This document shows positions 1 to 9,689 of a stretch of 64,000 bases of DNA, one piece after another. The position numbers and the translations under genes were made by a program. Position 1 is the stretch's first letter. The number at the start of each line of letters is the position of its first letter. The stretch spans positions 4,629 through 68,628 of the forward strand of contig JAFGIU010000055.1 in the NCBI GenBank assembly GCA_016929445.1, written 5' to 3'. Under the pieces are notes generated by a model, which saw only the letters and a list, made by a program, of their open reading frames with translations, was not told the origin of the DNA and did not search any database. Source of the DNA: Candidatus Omnitrophota bacterium (GTDB lineage Bacteria; Omnitrophota; Gorgyraeia; JAFGIU01).

Positions 1-13
1 AATTCCGAGGGAC

Positions 14-781
14 TCATGAAGCCCCGGGCTCCGGGTAAGGCAGGTGCAGTCCGCATTCCTTCTTGTCGTCCGCAACGCTTTGATTAAACCAACGCCAACG
101 CCCGGCGCGGCGCGGCTCCCCCGGGCCGATGGGTGTCGTACAAATCACACAGCCCAGGGATTCATAACGCCAACCGTTCTGCTCCCACTCGAGTAAGGGA
201 TGCAAAGGCACATTGTGTTCTTCGAGATAGGCCCGAACCTGAGCCTCGGTCCAATCGGCCAAAGGACACACTTTGAGCAAAGAACGGCTGCCCTCTGGAA
301 AATCCAATGAAATCATTTCCAAGCGCCTGACCCCGGCACGGTGCTCCGACTGATCTGCCCGCAAACCCGTAACCCAGGCATCGAGGGTCGCCAAAGCCTC
401 TAGATTGGGTTCCACCTTGCGCAAACGGCAACAGAGTTCCTGCTTTTCTTTGGAATCAAAGAAGAGATTTTCTCCGTGCCGGGCAATCATCTGATCCAGA
501 TTAGCTTTATTCGGAGTGAAACGCTCGATCCGGAGCCCGTATCTCTTTTCCAGGGTCTGAAAATACTCGAGGGTTTCGGGGAAAAGGCGGCCGGTATCCA
601 GGGTGTAGACGCGGGGATGCAAGCCGGCTCCCACGGCCATATCCAGGATGGCGCTTCCGGCCAGTTGGCCGCTGGTGCCGAGGGCCGCACGATCGCCCAA
701 GAGCCCGAAGACCTCAACAAGGAGGTCTTCGGGAGCGGCTTTGGATTCGATTTGCTTGAGTAAAGTCGGGGTCACTTCCAT
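14..781 (-). CDS. cysH: Adenylylsulfate (APS) reductase, thioredoxin-dependent, Fe-S type (PAPS-reductase family)
   Basis: 255 aa ORF with a PAPS/APS reductase fold. It has the C-terminal catalytic ECGLH motif and Cys pairs (CCRLRK plus CVIC) typical of the [4Fe-4S] APS-reductase subclass. It lies immediately downstream of cysC on the same strand. Confidence 0.85.
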   Translation of the reverse strand: MEVTPTLLKQIESKAAPEDLLVEVFGLLGDRAALGTSGQLAGSAILDMAVGAGLHPRVYTLDTGRLFPETLEYFQTLEKRYGLRIERFTPNKANLDQMIARHGENLFFDSKEKQELCCRLRKVEPNLEALATLDAWVTGLRADQSEHRAGVRRLEMISLDFPEGSRSLLKVCPLADWTEAQVRAYLEEHNVPLHPLLEWEQNGWRYESLGCVICTTPIGPGEPRRAGRWRWFNQSVADDKKECGLHLPYPEPGAS

Positions 782-784
782 TGT

Positions 785-1402
785 TTAGATAATACCGCGC
801 TCAGCAAGCAACTCAATGACACGGCGCGTGCTCTGCTCCAAACTCTCTTTACCGCTGTCCAAAACAAGCTCGGCGCTCTCAGGCTCCTCATAGGGCGCTG
901 AAATACCCGTAAACTGCGGGATCTCTCCCGCGCGCGCCTTCTTGTACAAACCTTTGGGATCCCGTTCCTCGCAAACCTCCAAAGACGCGTCACAAAATAC
1001 CTCCAAGAAATCTCCAGCAGGAAGGAGCGCCCGCACCTGGTCCCGGTCTTCTCTATACGGAGAGATAAAAGCCGTAAGCACCACCACATTGGATTGAGCA
1101 AAAAGCTTGGCCACCTCCCCGATGCGGCGGATATTTTCCGTGCGGTCCTCAGGCGAAAAACCCAGGTTGCTGTTGAGACCATGCCGGATATTGTCGCCAT
1201 CCAGCACAAAGGCGTTGATGCCGTTCTCCACTAAAGCCAGCTCCACCTCGCGGGCCACCGTGGACTTGCCCGACCCGGACAGCCCCGTGAACCAGACCAC
1301 CGCACCCCGCTGGCCCAGTTTTTCAAGCCTCTGTTCTGTGGTGAGATTCCCGTGGTGCCAGCTGATATTCTCACTCACCGGGGAATTCTTGTTTGCGTTC
1401 AT
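785..1402 (-). CDS. cysC: Adenylylsulfate kinase (APS kinase)
   Basis: 205 aa. It has the P-loop GLSGSGKST and the APS-kinase core (FVLDGDNIRHGLN, FISPYREDR). Confidence 0.9.
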   Translation of the reverse strand: MNANKNSPVSENISWHHGNLTTEQRLEKLGQRGAVVWFTGLSGSGKSTVAREVELALVENGINAFVLDGDNIRHGLNSNLGFSPEDRTENIRRIGEVAKLFAQSNVVVLTAFISPYREDRDQVRALLPAGDFLEVFCDASLEVCEERDPKGLYKKARAGEIPQFTGISAPYEEPESAELVLDSGKESLEQSTRRVIELLAERGII

Positions 1403-1552
1403 AAAATTCTCCTTTGATGTAAACGGAAGGCAAAATTTTTATGATTTATCTCATAAGGACGGCTCAAATCCGGTATTCTACCGCAAAGCGCCCGGTTATG
1501 ATATCCTTTTAGCTCTTTAAGTTCAGAATTCCTGGAGCACGGAGCAATCCTC

Positions 1553-2962
1553 ATGGGTGAAAGTCTCTTTAACAAAGTTTGGAATGCCCACACAGTCCGC
1601 GAAATGCCTGACGGGCAAACCCAGCTCTTCATCGGGCTGCACCTCATTCACGAGGTCACCAGTCCCCAGGCCTTTGGCATGCTGCGTCAACTGGATCTGC
1701 CCGTGGCTTTTCCGGAGCGCACCTTTGCCACGGTGGACCACATCATCCCCACCGATACCCTGGAACGCCCCTTTCAAGACGCCCTGGCCGAAAACATGAT
1801 TGTGGCCCTCAAGAAGAATTGCGCCGAGCACGGCATCACCTATTTTGATGTGTCCAGCGGGCTCCAAGGCATTGTGCATGTGGTGGGACCTGAGTTGGGT
1901 CTGACCCAGCCGGGTGTAACAGCGGTTTGCGGGGATTCCCACACAGCCACACATGGAGCCTTCGGGGCCATTGCCATGGGGATCGGCACCAGCCAGGTGC
2001 GCGATGTGCTGGCCACCCAAACCCTGCGCATGGGCAAACTCAAGGTGCGGCGGATCAATGTCACAGGTTCCTTGAAGCCCGGAGTTTACGCCAAAGATGT
2101 CATCCTGCATATTATCCGCATTCTGGGGGTGAATGGCGGGTTGGGACATGCCTATGAATACGGCGGGAACGTGATCGAAAACATGAGCATGGAAGAGCGC
2201 ATGACCTTATGCAATATGTCTATTGAGGGAGGCGCGCGCGTAGGCTACGTCAACCCGGATGAAACCACCTTTGAATATCTGAAGGGCCGGCGCTACGCTC
2301 CCAAGGGCGCGGCCTGGGACAAAGCACTCTCCTATTGGAAGAGCATTGCATCAGATCCGGATGCCGTATACGACGATGTCTTGGAAATCCGCGGTGAAGA
2401 GATTCCGCCCACCGTGACTTGGGGCATCAATCCCGGCCAGGCCATTTCGGTTAAGGAGAACGTGCCCAGCGTGAACTCTGCGCCCGAAGCAGAACGCGCC
2501 TCAATAGCAGAGGCTCTGGAATACATGAAGCTCAAACCCGGAGCGCCGATTGAGGGTACACCGATCAATGTGGCCTTTATCGGCAGCTGCACGAACGGCC
2601 GTATTTCCGACCTCCGCGAGGTTGCCAAGCATGTGCAGGGCCACAAAGTTCTCCAGGGTGTGAAGGCGTTGGTTGTGCCCGGGTCCATGAGTGTGGCCCA
2701 GCAGGCCGAAGAAGAAGGGCTGGACAAGATTTTCACAGAGGCCGGATTTGAATGGCGAGAGCCCGGCTGTTCGATGTGCCTGGCAATGAACCCGGACAAG
2801 CTCATCGGCGATCAGATCTGCGCTTCCTCCAGTAATCGAAACTTCAAGGGGCGCCAGGGCAGCCCCTCGGGACGCACTCTCTTGATGAGCCCCGTAATGG
2901 TGGCCGCCGCGGCGATTCGCGGTGAAGTCGCAGACGCACGTGAAGTCTTTGGGACGGAGTAA
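1553..2962 (+). CDS. leuC: 3-isopropylmalate dehydratase large subunit (aconitase family)
   Basis: 469 aa. It has an aconitase-family N-terminus and Fe-S ligand cysteines (GSCTNGR, CSMC). leuD follows 6 nt downstream. Confidence 0.9.
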   Translation: MGESLFNKVWNAHTVREMPDGQTQLFIGLHLIHEVTSPQAFGMLRQLDLPVAFPERTFATVDHIIPTDTLERPFQDALAENMIVALKKNCAEHGITYFDVSSGLQGIVHVVGPELGLTQPGVTAVCGDSHTATHGAFGAIAMGIGTSQVRDVLATQTLRMGKLKVRRINVTGSLKPGVYAKDVILHIIRILGVNGGLGHAYEYGGNVIENMSMEERMTLCNMSIEGGARVGYVNPDETTFEYLKGRRYAPKGAAWDKALSYWKSIASDPDAVYDDVLEIRGEEIPPTVTWGINPGQAISVKENVPSVNSAPEAERASIAEALEYMKLKPGAPIEGTPINVAFIGSCTNGRISDLREVAKHVQGHKVLQGVKALVVPGSMSVAQQAEEEGLDKIFTEAGFEWREPGCSMCLAMNPDKLIGDQICASSSNRNFKGRQGSPSGRTLLMSPVMVAAAAIRGEVADAREVFGTE

Positions 2963-2968
2963 AGAAAT

Positions 2969-3571
2969 ATGGCATTGGCAAAAATCAAACAACTAAGAGG
3001 CACCGGGGTTTATGTGCCCGGCGATGACCTGGATACGGACCGCATTATTCCGGCCCGTTTCATGAAATGCGTGACCTTTGACGGGCTCGGCGAGTACGCG
3101 TTCTATGACGCGCGCTTTGATGAGGACGGCAACTCCAAAGGACACCCGCTGGATGCTCCCTCCCACAAAGGGGCCTCTATCTTGATTTCCGGCAAGAATT
3201 TTGGCTGCGGCTCTTCGCGAGAGCACGCTCCGCAGTCCCTGTACCACTTTGGGCTGCGTGCGGTCCTTGCCGAATCCTTTGCCGAAATCTTTTTCGGGAA
3301 TTGCACCACCTTGGGAATCCCCTGCGCAGTCCTGAGCGCTACAGATCGCGAAGCTCTGGCCCAGGCGGTCGACGCAAATCCCAAGCTGGAAATTGAAATT
3401 GATTTGGAGAAAAGTGAGGTCCGTTTCGGCGAACGGAAAATGCAATTTAATATGCCGGAATCGGCGCGAGCTGCTTTAGCGGGAGGCCAGTGGGATCCGC
3501 TGAGTCAGCTGCTGGAGGCTAAGGAACAAGTCGCAGCCGTAGAATCCGCTCTCCCTTACCGCTTCGCGTAG
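2969..3571 (+). CDS. leuD: 3-isopropylmalate dehydratase small subunit
   Basis: 200 aa with the LeuD swivel-domain motifs (GDDLDTDRIIPARF, GKNFGCGSSREHAP). Confidence 0.9.
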   Translation: MALAKIKQLRGTGVYVPGDDLDTDRIIPARFMKCVTFDGLGEYAFYDARFDEDGNSKGHPLDAPSHKGASILISGKNFGCGSSREHAPQSLYHFGLRAVLAESFAEIFFGNCTTLGIPCAVLSATDREALAQAVDANPKLEIEIDLEKSEVRFGERKMQFNMPESARAALAGGQWDPLSQLLEAKEQVAAVESALPYRFA

Positions 3572-3574
3572 CGG

Positions 3575-4339
3575 TCATCCCCGCAACATCTCAATCACTT
3601 CCTGATGGATCGCCCCGGCCGTAGCTACGGCACTGTCGGCCTGCACAGGATCTCCACCCTCGTAGTCTGTGATCTTACCGCCCGCACCGCGCACAATCGG
3701 AATCAAGGGCTGAATATCCCAGGCATTGACGATGGGATCCACCATGATATCCGCGTATCCCGTGGCCAAAAGATAGTATCCGAAGCAGTCGCCCCAACCT
3801 CGGAAAAGCTTTACGCGCTGAACCAGCGAATGAAAGGCTATCGGATCCTTGTGCTGCTCAATGGAGCGCACTGAAGTCGTCAGAAGAGTGGCACGGGAAA
3901 GGTGTTCACAAGAACGCACTCTGACCGGAATGCCGTTGAGCGTACACGATTCATCTGTACCCAAAAGGAGCTCGCCCAATACCGGCAAGTGCATGGCACC
4001 GGCCAGGGGCACTCCCGCCTCCAGATAACCGATCAAGGTGCCGAATAGCGGAGTCCCGCTGATAAAACTCTTGGTGCCGTCAATGGGATCCAGAATCCAC
4101 TGGCGTTCAGCGTCAGGCCGGCTGTGACCGTACTCTTCCCCCAGGATCCCGCAGTCCGGGTATTCCTCTTCCAAGACCTTGCGGATCGCAGCCTCGGCCT
4201 CGCGGTCAGCGACGGTAACCGGAGACTGATCCTGTTTTTCTTCGAATTCCATAGGCCGGCGAAAGTACCGGGTGATGAGCGGCCCGCTGATTTGAGTGAG
4301 CCGGGACATGGTTTTCAGGATAGGAGCCAGATCAGCCAT
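3575..4339 (-). CDS. Inositol monophosphatase family protein (possible CysQ/SuhB/HisN-like PAP phosphatase)
   Basis: The IMPase metal-binding signature WILDPIDGTKSF is present. The start was chosen at MADLAPIL; the ORF extends to 4375, and the start would overlap the upstream gene end by 8 nt. Confidence 0.7.
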   Translation of the reverse strand: MADLAPILKTMSRLTQISGPLITRYFRRPMEFEEKQDQSPVTVADREAEAAIRKVLEEEYPDCGILGEEYGHSRPDAERQWILDPIDGTKSFISGTPLFGTLIGYLEAGVPLAGAMHLPVLGELLLGTDESCTLNGIPVRVRSCEHLSRATLLTTSVRSIEQHKDPIAFHSLVQRVKLFRGWGDCFGYYLLATGYADIMVDPIVNAWDIQPLIPIVRGAGGKITDYEGGDPVQADSAVATAGAIHQEVIEMLRG

Positions 4340-5114
4340 CGGATTCTTTAGCCTCTCCATCCGTCGCCAGACCAAAATCCGTCAGGACCGCCTCATACTT
4401 CAGGAGTCCTGCGGAACGGAATTTCAGCGGCAAACGCCGCGCGTCATCGCTTGCCCAAAGGCGAAACTCGTTGGGGTTGCCTGTAAAGGCCAGGGCCTCA
4501 AAGTCCCCGGCAGGGACCTCAACATTTTCGGACCCGGAAAATTTCAGGTCAAAGTCCACGGTCGGCAAAAACACATTGAGATTCCAGTCCGGAGCAAAAG
4601 ACTCGGTCTGCCGCACAAGATAAATCAAACAGATCACGTTGTGCAAGGGACCTGCCCGCTCGATTACCGTGGGCTCGCGGTCCGCGCCCTCCTGGGTCAC
4701 GGTGACGCGCTTGTTCAGCTGATCGTAGTCCTCAACAATCTTCTTGCGTGCACCCATCTGGCGGATATCGCGGAAAATCTTTACAGGCAGGAAATTGTCG
4801 GGGGAAAGATAGATCTCCTCCCGGTCGTCGAAGGTCGCGGTATCCAACGCGACCACGATCTTATGCAGCCTCTGTCCCTCAAAATCAACATTCGGATAAA
4901 AGGTCATGACTGCCGAACCGATGCGTACACGCTTCCAATAAATCTTGAAGCGCATCTGTTCCCCTTCCGCAAAGGGAGCCAGAGTCTCCAGCGGCTTCAC
5001 AAATTGCTCGGGCAGACGAGCCAGCTGAGTCAGCTGGTAAATGCCGAAACCCAAGCAAAGCGCCGCGCCCACGGCAAAGAGGCTGATTAGGAATGAACGG
5101 AGGAGTCGCTTCAT
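4332..5114 (-). CDS. Hypothetical exported protein with an N-terminal signal/TM segment
   Basis: 260 aa ORF with a hydrophobic N-terminus (LISLFAVGAALCLGF). It has coding-like composition and is translationally coupled to the IMPase-family gene. I recognise no catalytic motif. Confidence 0.5.
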   Translation of the reverse strand: MKRLLRSFLISLFAVGAALCLGFGIYQLTQLARLPEQFVKPLETLAPFAEGEQMRFKIYWKRVRIGSAVMTFYPNVDFEGQRLHKIVVALDTATFDDREEIYLSPDNFLPVKIFRDIRQMGARKKIVEDYDQLNKRVTVTQEGADREPTVIERAGPLHNVICLIYLVRQTESFAPDWNLNVFLPTVDFDLKFSGSENVEVPAGDFEALAFTGNPNEFRLWASDDARRLPLKFRSAGLLKYEAVLTDFGLATDGEAKESDG

Positions 5115-5174
5115 AAAAGTGGATAACTCAAGTGGAAACAGAAGTTAATTTGTTTATTAATATCCTTACTAACA

Positions 5175-5203
5175 TTGACTCTGTGCCCTTGGGCGCGTAT
5201 AAT
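5175..5203 (+). promoter_or_regulatory. Sigma70-type consensus promoter (TTGACT-17 nt-TATAAT) upstream of the B12-rSAM gene
   Basis: TTGACT is at 5175-5180 and TATAAT at 5198-5203, with an exact 17-nt spacer. It sits about 65 nt upstream of the ATG at 5270. Confidence 0.45.
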
Positions 5204-5269
5204 TGGTGCTTAGTATAACAAGATTAGTCAGTTAGCGCTACGGCGGGCCCACCCCCTGGGAAAGCATCC

Positions 5270-6742
5270 ATGAACTCATCCAAGGTCGACATTCTCTTTG
5301 TGAACCAGCCCTCGCCGGACAAGGACTGGATCATCCGTGATATCAACCGCTCCGGCCGCAAGACGCGGGAACACATGATCTGGCCCCAGACCAATTTAGC
5401 CTGGGAAGCCGCAGTCATGCGGGATGCCGGATTCACCGTGCAAATTATTGATTCCGTGGCTTCGCGTCTGAGTTGGGAGGAGCTGGAGCTCCGTGTCCAG
5501 GACCTCAAACCCCGCTACGTGGTTGCGAATGTAATCTCCACCACACTCAATAACGACATGCGGCTTTTCTTTTACGCCAAGGCCCAGGGCTCAATCACCA
5601 TTGCCCACGGCCCCCATATCACGGACAAACCGCTTGAGTCTCTCCGGGACTTCCCCTGCGTGGATTACTGCGTGATGAACGAGGCGGAGGAAGCTCTGCG
5701 CGAACTCATTCTGGAAATTGAAAAAGGAACCGGGGATTTGGGCCATATTCTAGGCATTGCCTGGCGGCGCGGAACCGAACCGGTACGGAACGGAAAGCGC
5801 CCGTTTATTGCAGACCTGGATTCCCTTCCCTCCCCGGCCTATGAGCTGCTTCCCTTGGACAAATACTATATGCCCTTTTTCGGCAACTATGTCTTTATTG
5901 AGGGAGGCCGCGGTTGCCCTTACCGGTGTATCTATTGCAGGCAGACTGTCATGTGGGAAAGCCGCGTGCGCAACCGCAGCGCTGAAATCCTCTTTAAAGA
6001 GGTCAAGCAACTCCACGACCTGGGTATGAAGCATGTGATGTTCCACCACGACACCTTTACCGCGGACCGGCGCATGGTGATGCGGCTCTGCGAACTCATT
6101 ATCGAGAGCGGACTCAAAATCAAGTGGTGCTGTAACACCCATGTGGCGCGGGTGGACGAGGAGTTGGTGGGAATGATGAAGAAGGCCGGATGCTGGATGA
6201 TCGCGCCGGGTTTTGAGACCGCTGACCAGACAATCCTTGACAATGTCCAAAAGCGGGCCACGGTTGAACAGAATATCCGGGCCGCTCACATGATTCACAA
6301 TGCGGGCATCGAGGTGTGGGGTTACTTCATGTTCGGCAATCCCGGCGAAACGCACGAAACGATCCGGCGCACCATTGATATGGCCAAGGAACTGCCGATC
6401 ACCATCGCCAATTTCGCCATTGCCAGTCCTTATCCCGGGACGGAATTCCATCGCCAGGCCGAAGCCAACGGCTGGCTGGTCAAACAAGCGGCCTGGGAAG
6501 ATTACGATCAGAACTATTCTCCTGTGGTAGACTACGGTCATCTTAAGCCCGAGGATATTTATCAAGCTCTTAAGACTGCAAACCGCGAATTCTTTTTCAG
6601 GCCCAAGCCGCTCCTGCGCATTGCCAAGGAAATGAAAAGCTGGCCCATGATTAAGTCGTTATTCGGAATTACGCTGAGTTATCTCAAGTTGTTCTTGGGC
6701 AAGGAAACTGTCCAGAAGAAAGTACGCGAGCGCGCCGCTTAG
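5270..6742 (+). CDS. B12-binding-domain radical SAM protein (class B rSAM, likely methyltransferase or similar)
   Basis: 490 aa. It has an N-terminal cobalamin-binding-like Rossmann region followed by the rSAM core with CPYRCIYC (CxxxCxxC). Confidence 0.8.
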   Translation: MNSSKVDILFVNQPSPDKDWIIRDINRSGRKTREHMIWPQTNLAWEAAVMRDAGFTVQIIDSVASRLSWEELELRVQDLKPRYVVANVISTTLNNDMRLFFYAKAQGSITIAHGPHITDKPLESLRDFPCVDYCVMNEAEEALRELILEIEKGTGDLGHILGIAWRRGTEPVRNGKRPFIADLDSLPSPAYELLPLDKYYMPFFGNYVFIEGGRGCPYRCIYCRQTVMWESRVRNRSAEILFKEVKQLHDLGMKHVMFHHDTFTADRRMVMRLCELIIESGLKIKWCCNTHVARVDEELVGMMKKAGCWMIAPGFETADQTILDNVQKRATVEQNIRAAHMIHNAGIEVWGYFMFGNPGETHETIRRTIDMAKELPITIANFAIASPYPGTEFHRQAEANGWLVKQAAWEDYDQNYSPVVDYGHLKPEDIYQALKTANREFFFRPKPLLRIAKEMKSWPMIKSLFGITLSYLKLFLGKETVQKKVRERAA

Positions 6743-6790
6743 CTGGCGGATAGACCAAGGGACATATCTCCGAAGGAGATCTGTCCCTTA

Positions 6791-7294
6791 ATGAGAGAAC
6801 CACAAATGTCTGATCTGTCTCATGTAAAGCGCATTGACATCGGTTGCGGCCTCCCGGACCAGAAGTACCCCGAGTGCTTTGGGATGGACGTTAATCCCAA
6901 ATACAATCCCGACCTATTGCACAACTGCGATGACGGCGTCCCCTTTGCAGACAACCAACTCAGTTTTATCAATAGTGACAACTCCCTGGAACACGTCAAA
7001 AATCCCTACTTTGTCCTCAAGGAATGCTACCGCTGCCTCGAACCCGGCGGCACCATGCGCCTGGTAGTTCCCAACTGCCAGTGGTTCCCTCTCGTGCTAC
7101 TCAACTTGGTGATCGATCTGGACTGGTTCTGGCACAAGTGGATGAATCTGTCCTTCAAAAAGGAGCGCGGCATTCACTGGACGCTCTATACGCCCTTCCT
7201 CATCACCAAAGTCGTCAAGGATGTGGGGTTTAAAGTGGAGAGCCGGAAGGGATTCCTGTATTCCAAGGAAATTGAGCTCTTCCTGCGCAAGTAG
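6791..7294 (+). CDS. Class I SAM-dependent methyltransferase
   Basis: 167 aa with a glycine-rich motif I (IDIGCGL) and the methyltransf_11-like LEPGGTMRLVVPN. It lies 48 nt downstream of the B12-rSAM gene. Confidence 0.7.
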   Translation: MREPQMSDLSHVKRIDIGCGLPDQKYPECFGMDVNPKYNPDLLHNCDDGVPFADNQLSFINSDNSLEHVKNPYFVLKECYRCLEPGGTMRLVVPNCQWFPLVLLNLVIDLDWFWHKWMNLSFKKERGIHWTLYTPFLITKVVKDVGFKVESRKGFLYSKEIELFLRK

Positions 7295-7300
7295 CTTATA

Positions 7301-7349
7301 GGGAGGTTCTTACGGCCCGTGGAGTTCAGCAGACGCTAAGAACCGTCCC
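7301..7349. repeat. Family-2 hairpin repeat copy (GGGAGGTTCTTACG ... CGCTAAGAACCGTCCC)
   Basis: Inverted repeat in the 71-nt convergent spacer between the MTase and metF. It shares the GAGAACCGTCCC-type arm with at least five other loci. Confidence 0.6.
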
Positions 7350-7365
7350 TGACTCAGCCTGCAAG

Positions 7366-8235
7366 TCAAACCGCAAGGCCAAGATTCTTCAGCACAACTT
7401 CAACAGATCCCGACTTATTCAACGAGTAGAAATGCAGGCCCGGGCATCCAAAATCGAGGAGACCTTGCGCCTGTTCGGTGGCAAGTTCGATTCCGTATTC
7501 CGTGGCAGCCGCCTCATCCTCCTTGAGTCTCTCGAGCCGGGCTGAGACCTTGTCCGGAATCGTGGATTTACAGATAGCTGTGAATCGCTGCACTTGATCC
7601 CGGGAAAGAATGGGCAAAATCCCAGGGACAATCGGCACTTTAATGCCGGCCTTGCGCGCGGCATCGTGGAATTCATAAAAGTGGGCGTTATCAAAAAAAA
7701 GTTGGGTCACAATCACGCTGGCTCCGGCATCGACCTTTTTCTTAAGATAGGCAATATCGCTCCGGCGGTCCGGGGACTCCGGGTGGAGCTCCGGAAAACC
7801 GGCTACGGCGATGGAAAAGTAATGATAGCTCGCAGCAGCCTCAACCAAATCCGCAGCATAGTGAAACCCATCCGCATGCGCACTAAACTCCTTTTCACCT
7901 TTGGGAGGATCCCCGCGCAAAGCCATGATATTGGGAATCTCCTTGTCTCTGAGAAACTCCAGGTTCGAATGAATCTCCTCTTTGGACTGGCCCACCACAG
8001 TCAGATGACATACGGTCTCTAAAGCCAGGCGATTCTTCAGTTGATCCACCAGATCCAGCGTAAGGTCCCGCGTGCTCCCCGCAGCGCCATAGGTAACAGA
8101 AAAGAAGGCCGGGTCAAAAAGACGCAAACGATCCACCTGCTTCCACAAAGCCTCCAGGCCCTGAGGCGTTTTTGGGGGGAAAAGTTCAATGGAGATATCG
8201 GGTTTATTGGATTGGTAAAGCTGTTCGAGCTTCAT
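7366..8235 (-). CDS. metF: 5,10-methylenetetrahydrofolate reductase
   Basis: 289 aa with a MetF-family N-terminus (ISIELFPPKT, SVTYGAAGSTRD). Confidence 0.9.
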   Translation of the reverse strand: MKLEQLYQSNKPDISIELFPPKTPQGLEALWKQVDRLRLFDPAFFSVTYGAAGSTRDLTLDLVDQLKNRLALETVCHLTVVGQSKEEIHSNLEFLRDKEIPNIMALRGDPPKGEKEFSAHADGFHYAADLVEAAASYHYFSIAVAGFPELHPESPDRRSDIAYLKKKVDAGASVIVTQLFFDNAHFYEFHDAARKAGIKVPIVPGILPILSRDQVQRFTAICKSTIPDKVSARLERLKEDEAAATEYGIELATEQAQGLLDFGCPGLHFYSLNKSGSVEVVLKNLGLAV

Positions 8236-8243
8236 CGCCCTGG

Positions 8244-9689
8244 CTACTCCGCAGCAGGTTCTTCATCGGCGCCGTAAAGAGATTCCATGAATCCTACCAG
8301 CCACTTATGCACATTGTTGCGGCGAATCTCGGAGCGCAAAAGGGTCATGCGTTTAGATTGTTCTTCCGGATCCATAGTGAGGGCCTGATACAAGGCCTCC
8401 GCCGTACCCTCCAAGTGATACGGATTGACCGCCAACGCACCCTTAGACAAAGCATCGGCCGCACCGGTGAACTCACTCAAAACAAGCACACCCCGGTTAT
8501 CCACACGGGCAGCGCAGTATTCCTTGGCCACGAGATTCATGCCATCGCGCAACGGTGTTACCAGGCAAACTTCGCAAGCCAGGTAATGGGCCAAGAGCTC
8601 CTCACGATCCAAAGCGCGAAACATGTAGTGGATAGGCACCCAGCCGTGGCGGGCAAACCTGCCGTTAATGCGCCCGGCCAAACCCTCCAGCAAACCCTTT
8701 AGATTCTGGTAGCCCGGCACACGGGTACGGCTGGGCACAACCACTTGCAAGAGGGACACTTTACCGTGCAGCTCCGGATGCTGTTCGAGCATCTTCTCAA
8801 AAGCATGGTATCTTTCGGGAATGCCCTTTGTGTAATCCAGGCGATCAAGACCCAGAATAAGTTTGCTCGCACTCACTTCCTGCCGGATCTTTTCCGCCCA
8901 TTCTTTGATCTTGGGTGTGTCTGCGGCATCATTAAACTCCGCAAAATCAATACTGATAGGGTTGTGCCAAGCCCGTGTGATGCGTCCGGCATGGCGAATA
9001 ATCCGTTGCCTGCCCTTGCGTGTAATCTCAGATCCCGGAACCAGGGCGCCCACACAACGCCGGAAGTTACGCCGGTCCCTCAGAGTCTGGAAGCCGACCA
9101 CGGAATAGTCCAAGAGAGCGCTCATCAGTTCACGCTTCCACGGCAGACGCGCTATTAAGTCCTGGGAAGGAAACGGAGTGTGGAGAAAAAAACCGATAGG
9201 CTGCGTCACTCCAAGTTGTCTCAATTGCCGGCCCACCAAGAGCAGTTGGTAATCGTGAATCCAGACCACATCGTCCGGCCTCAGAGACTCTGCAATCGTT
9301 TCGGCAAAATGGCGATTGGCATTGACATACGCATCCCAGGCGTCGCTTTCAAACTTGCACTGCCCCAGCAAATCGTGAAAGAGAGGCCAAAGTGTTTCGT
9401 TGGAAAATCCGCGATAAAATTTGCTGGCCTCATCCGGGCTCAGCAAGACCGGACGAATATCGTAGGTTTGTTTCTGGCTGTACTCCTTGAGCAAAGCTTC
9501 TACTGGAGCCCCCTCCTCCTCCACACCTGACCAACCAATCCAGAGCCCGCGGTTTGCGGACATGACAGGCACAAGAGCTGTAACCAAACCTCCGGAGCCG
9601 GACCGGATCTCCCAGGATTCCCCTTCGCGGGTCACCACAATCGGTAAACGATTCGAGACCACAACAAGCCGCTTCTCTAAAGTTGTCAT
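8244..9689 (-). CDS. otsA: Alpha,alpha-trehalose-phosphate synthase (UDP-forming), GT20
   Basis: 481 aa with the OtsA N-terminus LVVVSNRLP and GT20 core. Its start overlaps the otsB stop by 4 nt. Confidence 0.9.
   Translation of the reverse strand: MTTLEKRLVVVSNRLPIVVTREGESWEIRSGSGGLVTALVPVMSANRGLWIGWSGVEEEGAPVEALLKEYSQKQTYDIRPVLLSPDEASKFYRGFSNETLWPLFHDLLGQCKFESDAWDAYVNANRHFAETIAESLRPDDVVWIHDYQLLLVGRQLRQLGVTQPIGFFLHTPFPSQDLIARLPWKRELMSALLDYSVVGFQTLRDRRNFRRCVGALVPGSEITRKGRQRIIRHAGRITRAWHNPISIDFAEFNDAADTPKIKEWAEKIRQEVSASKLILGLDRLDYTKGIPERYHAFEKMLEQHPELHGKVSLLQVVVPSRTRVPGYQNLKGLLEGLAGRINGRFARHGWVPIHYMFRALDREELLAHYLACEVCLVTPLRDGMNLVAKEYCAARVDNRGVLVLSEFTGAADALSKGALAVNPYHLEGTAEALYQALTMDPEEQSKRMTLLRSEIRRNNVHKWLVGFMESLYGADEEPAAE

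Noticed and set aside
1523-2149. Many long ORFs antisense to, or out of frame with, confidently called genes. Examples are 162-431, 1523-2149, 5750-6565, 15871-17091, 18213-19085, 20249-21202, 24131-24982, 29109-29846, 37210-38844, 38938-40095, 56287-56964 and 58152-59429.
   Set aside because: They overlap genes that have clear family motifs. Long spurious ORFs are expected on the opposite strand in high-GC DNA. None shows a recognisable motif or RBS.
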